The notes beneath the pieces were generated by a model. It did no database searches, was not told the DNA's origin, and saw nothing but the letters and a program-made list of their open reading frames with translations. A DNA stretch of 62,960 nucleotides, the filler included, from Octopus bimaculoides (Eukaryota), in assembly GCF_001194135.2 (NCBI RefSeq). It is 4 parts of 4 records of this genome, joined end to end, with 100 filler letters (N's around TTAATTAATTAA, not from the genome) between each part and the next. Parts side by side here need not be neighbours in the genome. Positions count along the whole stretch, not along the records: positions 59,995 to 62,960 come from NW_026384103.1; 3 more parts are not named here. One strand, given 5' to 3'. Position 1 is the first letter of the stretch. Each line of letters starts with the position of its first letter. Made by a program: the position numbers and the translations under genes. Below are positions 60,834-62,960 of the stretch, in pieces.

Positions 60834-61191
60834 CTTTCCTCCGTTTGCAAAAATATTGTATATATATTGACAATTTGTTAACATTCACCGAAACACATTT
60901 TAGTAGTTAAATATCCACATAGTCTTTAGTATGATATAACAATATGCAAACATATCTATGCAACGGACTTTCGTTGAGTTTCCGTTTACTAGAATCACTG
61001 AAAAGGCGTTGGTTGCCTGGCAAACTNNNNNNNNNNNNNNNNNNNNNNNNNNNNNNNNNNNNNNNNNNNNNNNNNNNNNNNNNNNNNNNNNNNNNNNNNN
61101 NNNNNNNNNNNNNNNNNNNNNNNNNNNNNNNNNTTTACTCGTATCGATACACACAAACACACACACACACTCATACACACATACATATATA

Positions 61192-61220
61192 CAGGGTTGG
61201 GCAAAAGTCACCCGACAGTA
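61192..61220 (+). mobile_element. Possible Tc1/maT-type terminal repeat
   Basis: TA|CAGGGTTGGGCAAAAGTCACCCGAC resembles the maT termini elsewhere in the window. No partner end is visible. Confidence 0.3.
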
Positions 61221-62589
61221 ATTCGAAATTCCATAAGTACTATCTATAATTCTGTATTGACTCCAATGGAAAAATGTGTCGCTTAAGAAGGACTTCAGTT
61301 TGAACAATTTCCATAATGTCTGATATTTACATGCTTGTATTTAAATTCATTCAGTTGTTAATCATAAATAAATCTTGAAGTTAAATAATTTNNNNNNNNN
61401 NNNNNNNNNNNNNNNNNNNNNNNNNNNNNNNNNNNNNNNNNNNNNNNNNNNNNNNNNNNNNNNNNNNNNNNNNNNNNNNNNNNNNNNNNNNNNNNNNNNN
61501 NNNNNNNNNNNNNNNNNNNNNNNNNNNNNNNNNNNNNNNNNNTTATTTGTAGAAGCAGTGATTTTCTGTAGCATCATCGCATTCGTGCGTGTTACTTCAA
61601 GTCATGTATAGGCAAGTCGCATCACTGCATGTTGTTTATATTATCACACGCCTGCTTTTCTGCGACAACGTGCCTGACAGCAACTATATTTCATATATGA
61701 GAGAAATATTTCAGTATCCTGATCTGATTTACAGTAGGGACCAATTTTCTTTCATATCTTTGCTGTTTCTTAAATNNNNNNNNNNNNNNNNNNNNNNNNN
61801 NNNNNNNNNNNNNNNNNNNNNNNNNNNNNNNNNNNNNNNNNNNNNNNNNNNNNNNNNNNNNNNNNNNNNNNNNNNNNNNNNNNNNNNNNNNNNNNNNNNN
61901 NNNNNNNNNNNNNNNNNNNNNNNNNNNNNNNNNNNNNNNNNNNNNNNNNNNNNNNNNNNNNNNNNNNNNNNNNNNNNNNNNNNNNNNNNNNNNNNNNNNN
62001 NNNNNNNNNNNNNNNNNNNNNNNNNNNNNNNNNNNNNNNNNNNNNNNNNNNNNNNNNNNNNNNNNNNNNNNNNNNNNNNNNNNNNNNNNNNNNNNNNNNN
62101 NNNNNNNNNNNNNNNNNNNNNNNNNNNNNNNNNNNNNNNNNNNNNNNNNNNNNNNNNNNNNNNNNNNNNNNNNNNNNNNNNNNNNNNNNNNNNNNNNNNN
62201 NNNNNNNNNNNNNNNNNNNNNNNNNNNNNNNNNNNNNNNNNNNNNNNNNNNNNNNNNNNNNNNNNNNNNNNNNNNNNNNNNNNNNNNNNNNNNNNNNNNN
62301 NNNNNNNNNNNNNNNNNNNNNNNNNNNNNNNNNNNNNNNNNNNNNNNNNNNNNNNNNNNNNNNNNNNNNNNNNNNNNNNNNNNNNNNNNNNNNNNNNNNN
62401 NNNNNNNNNNNNNNNNNNNNNNNNNNNNNNNNNNNNNNNNNNNNNNNNNNNNNNNNNNNNNNNNNNNNNNNNNNNNNNNNNNNNNNNNNNNNNNNNNNNN
62501 NNNNNNNNNNNNNNNNNNNNNNNNNNNNNNNNCACTCGTGCATGCATAGCGGGCTTACTACCTGCAGCCTACCGTACCATGCTATCCGT

Positions 62590-62916
62590 CCTTTTCAGCA
62601 ATCTAGTACTTTCCTAATTATTCTGACCGCGTCCAGGATGCAAANNNNNNNNNNTGGTAACAATTCCTGGCATTCTATTCCAATTTCTATTATATTCCTC
62701 TCAAGGATCCAACAATAACAATTGACACTATCTATATCTTCAACATTTTCCATAGCCGGGATATTTTGTACTTAAAAAGTGTTGTATTTATCTATTTTCT
62801 CGCCTTCTGTCTTGACTATTCGGCGGTCAAAGGGCCATGCGACATCAACTATATAGCACATGTAGTGCATCTTGTCGACCACTACCAAGTCCAGTCTGTT
62901 ATGCCAGCAGAACGTA

Positions 62917-62925
<9 letters not shown>
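62590..62925 (-). pseudogene. R4/Dong-like LINE C-terminal restriction-like endonuclease fragment
   Basis: 'HNRLDLVVVDK..CYIVDVAWPFD..EGEKIDKY', 'RLWKM', 'RIIRKVL'. It directly abuts (TAA)n. Confidence 0.7.

Positions 62926-62960
<35 letters not shown>

Overview
AT-rich, microsatellite-dense animal genomic DNA with many N gaps. The SINE repertoire suggests an octopus (inference, not checked by search). I recognise no host protein-coding gene, rRNA, true tRNA or CRISPR array; nearly everything interpretable is nested transposon debris. DNA elements: a TIR-bounded Academ (XPG-type) transposon at 17274-21533, two maT-like and several mariner elements, MITEs and a Helitron helicase scrap. Retroelements: RTE, Tx1/L1-like, CR1-group and R4/Dong-like LINE fragments, several Penelope-like (PLE) fragments, and about 25 SINE copies from several families. 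Most notable: (1) a short (AAT)n-headed repeat carrying a minimal hammerhead ribozyme, with four copies, two forming a head-to-head insertion inside a 16-bp target duplication; (2) a SINE whose 3' tail matches the tail of a Tx1-like LINE in the same window; (3) an inverted pair of tRNA-like cassettes with their own inner inverted repeats; (4) a circularly permuted ~0.72-0.75-kb repeat containing both hammerhead half-motifs in reversed order; (5) a mariner derivative with two left ends. Family labels A, D, E, F, G and H are my own working names. Boundaries were read by eye and may be off by tens of bases unless TIRs or TSDs are quoted.
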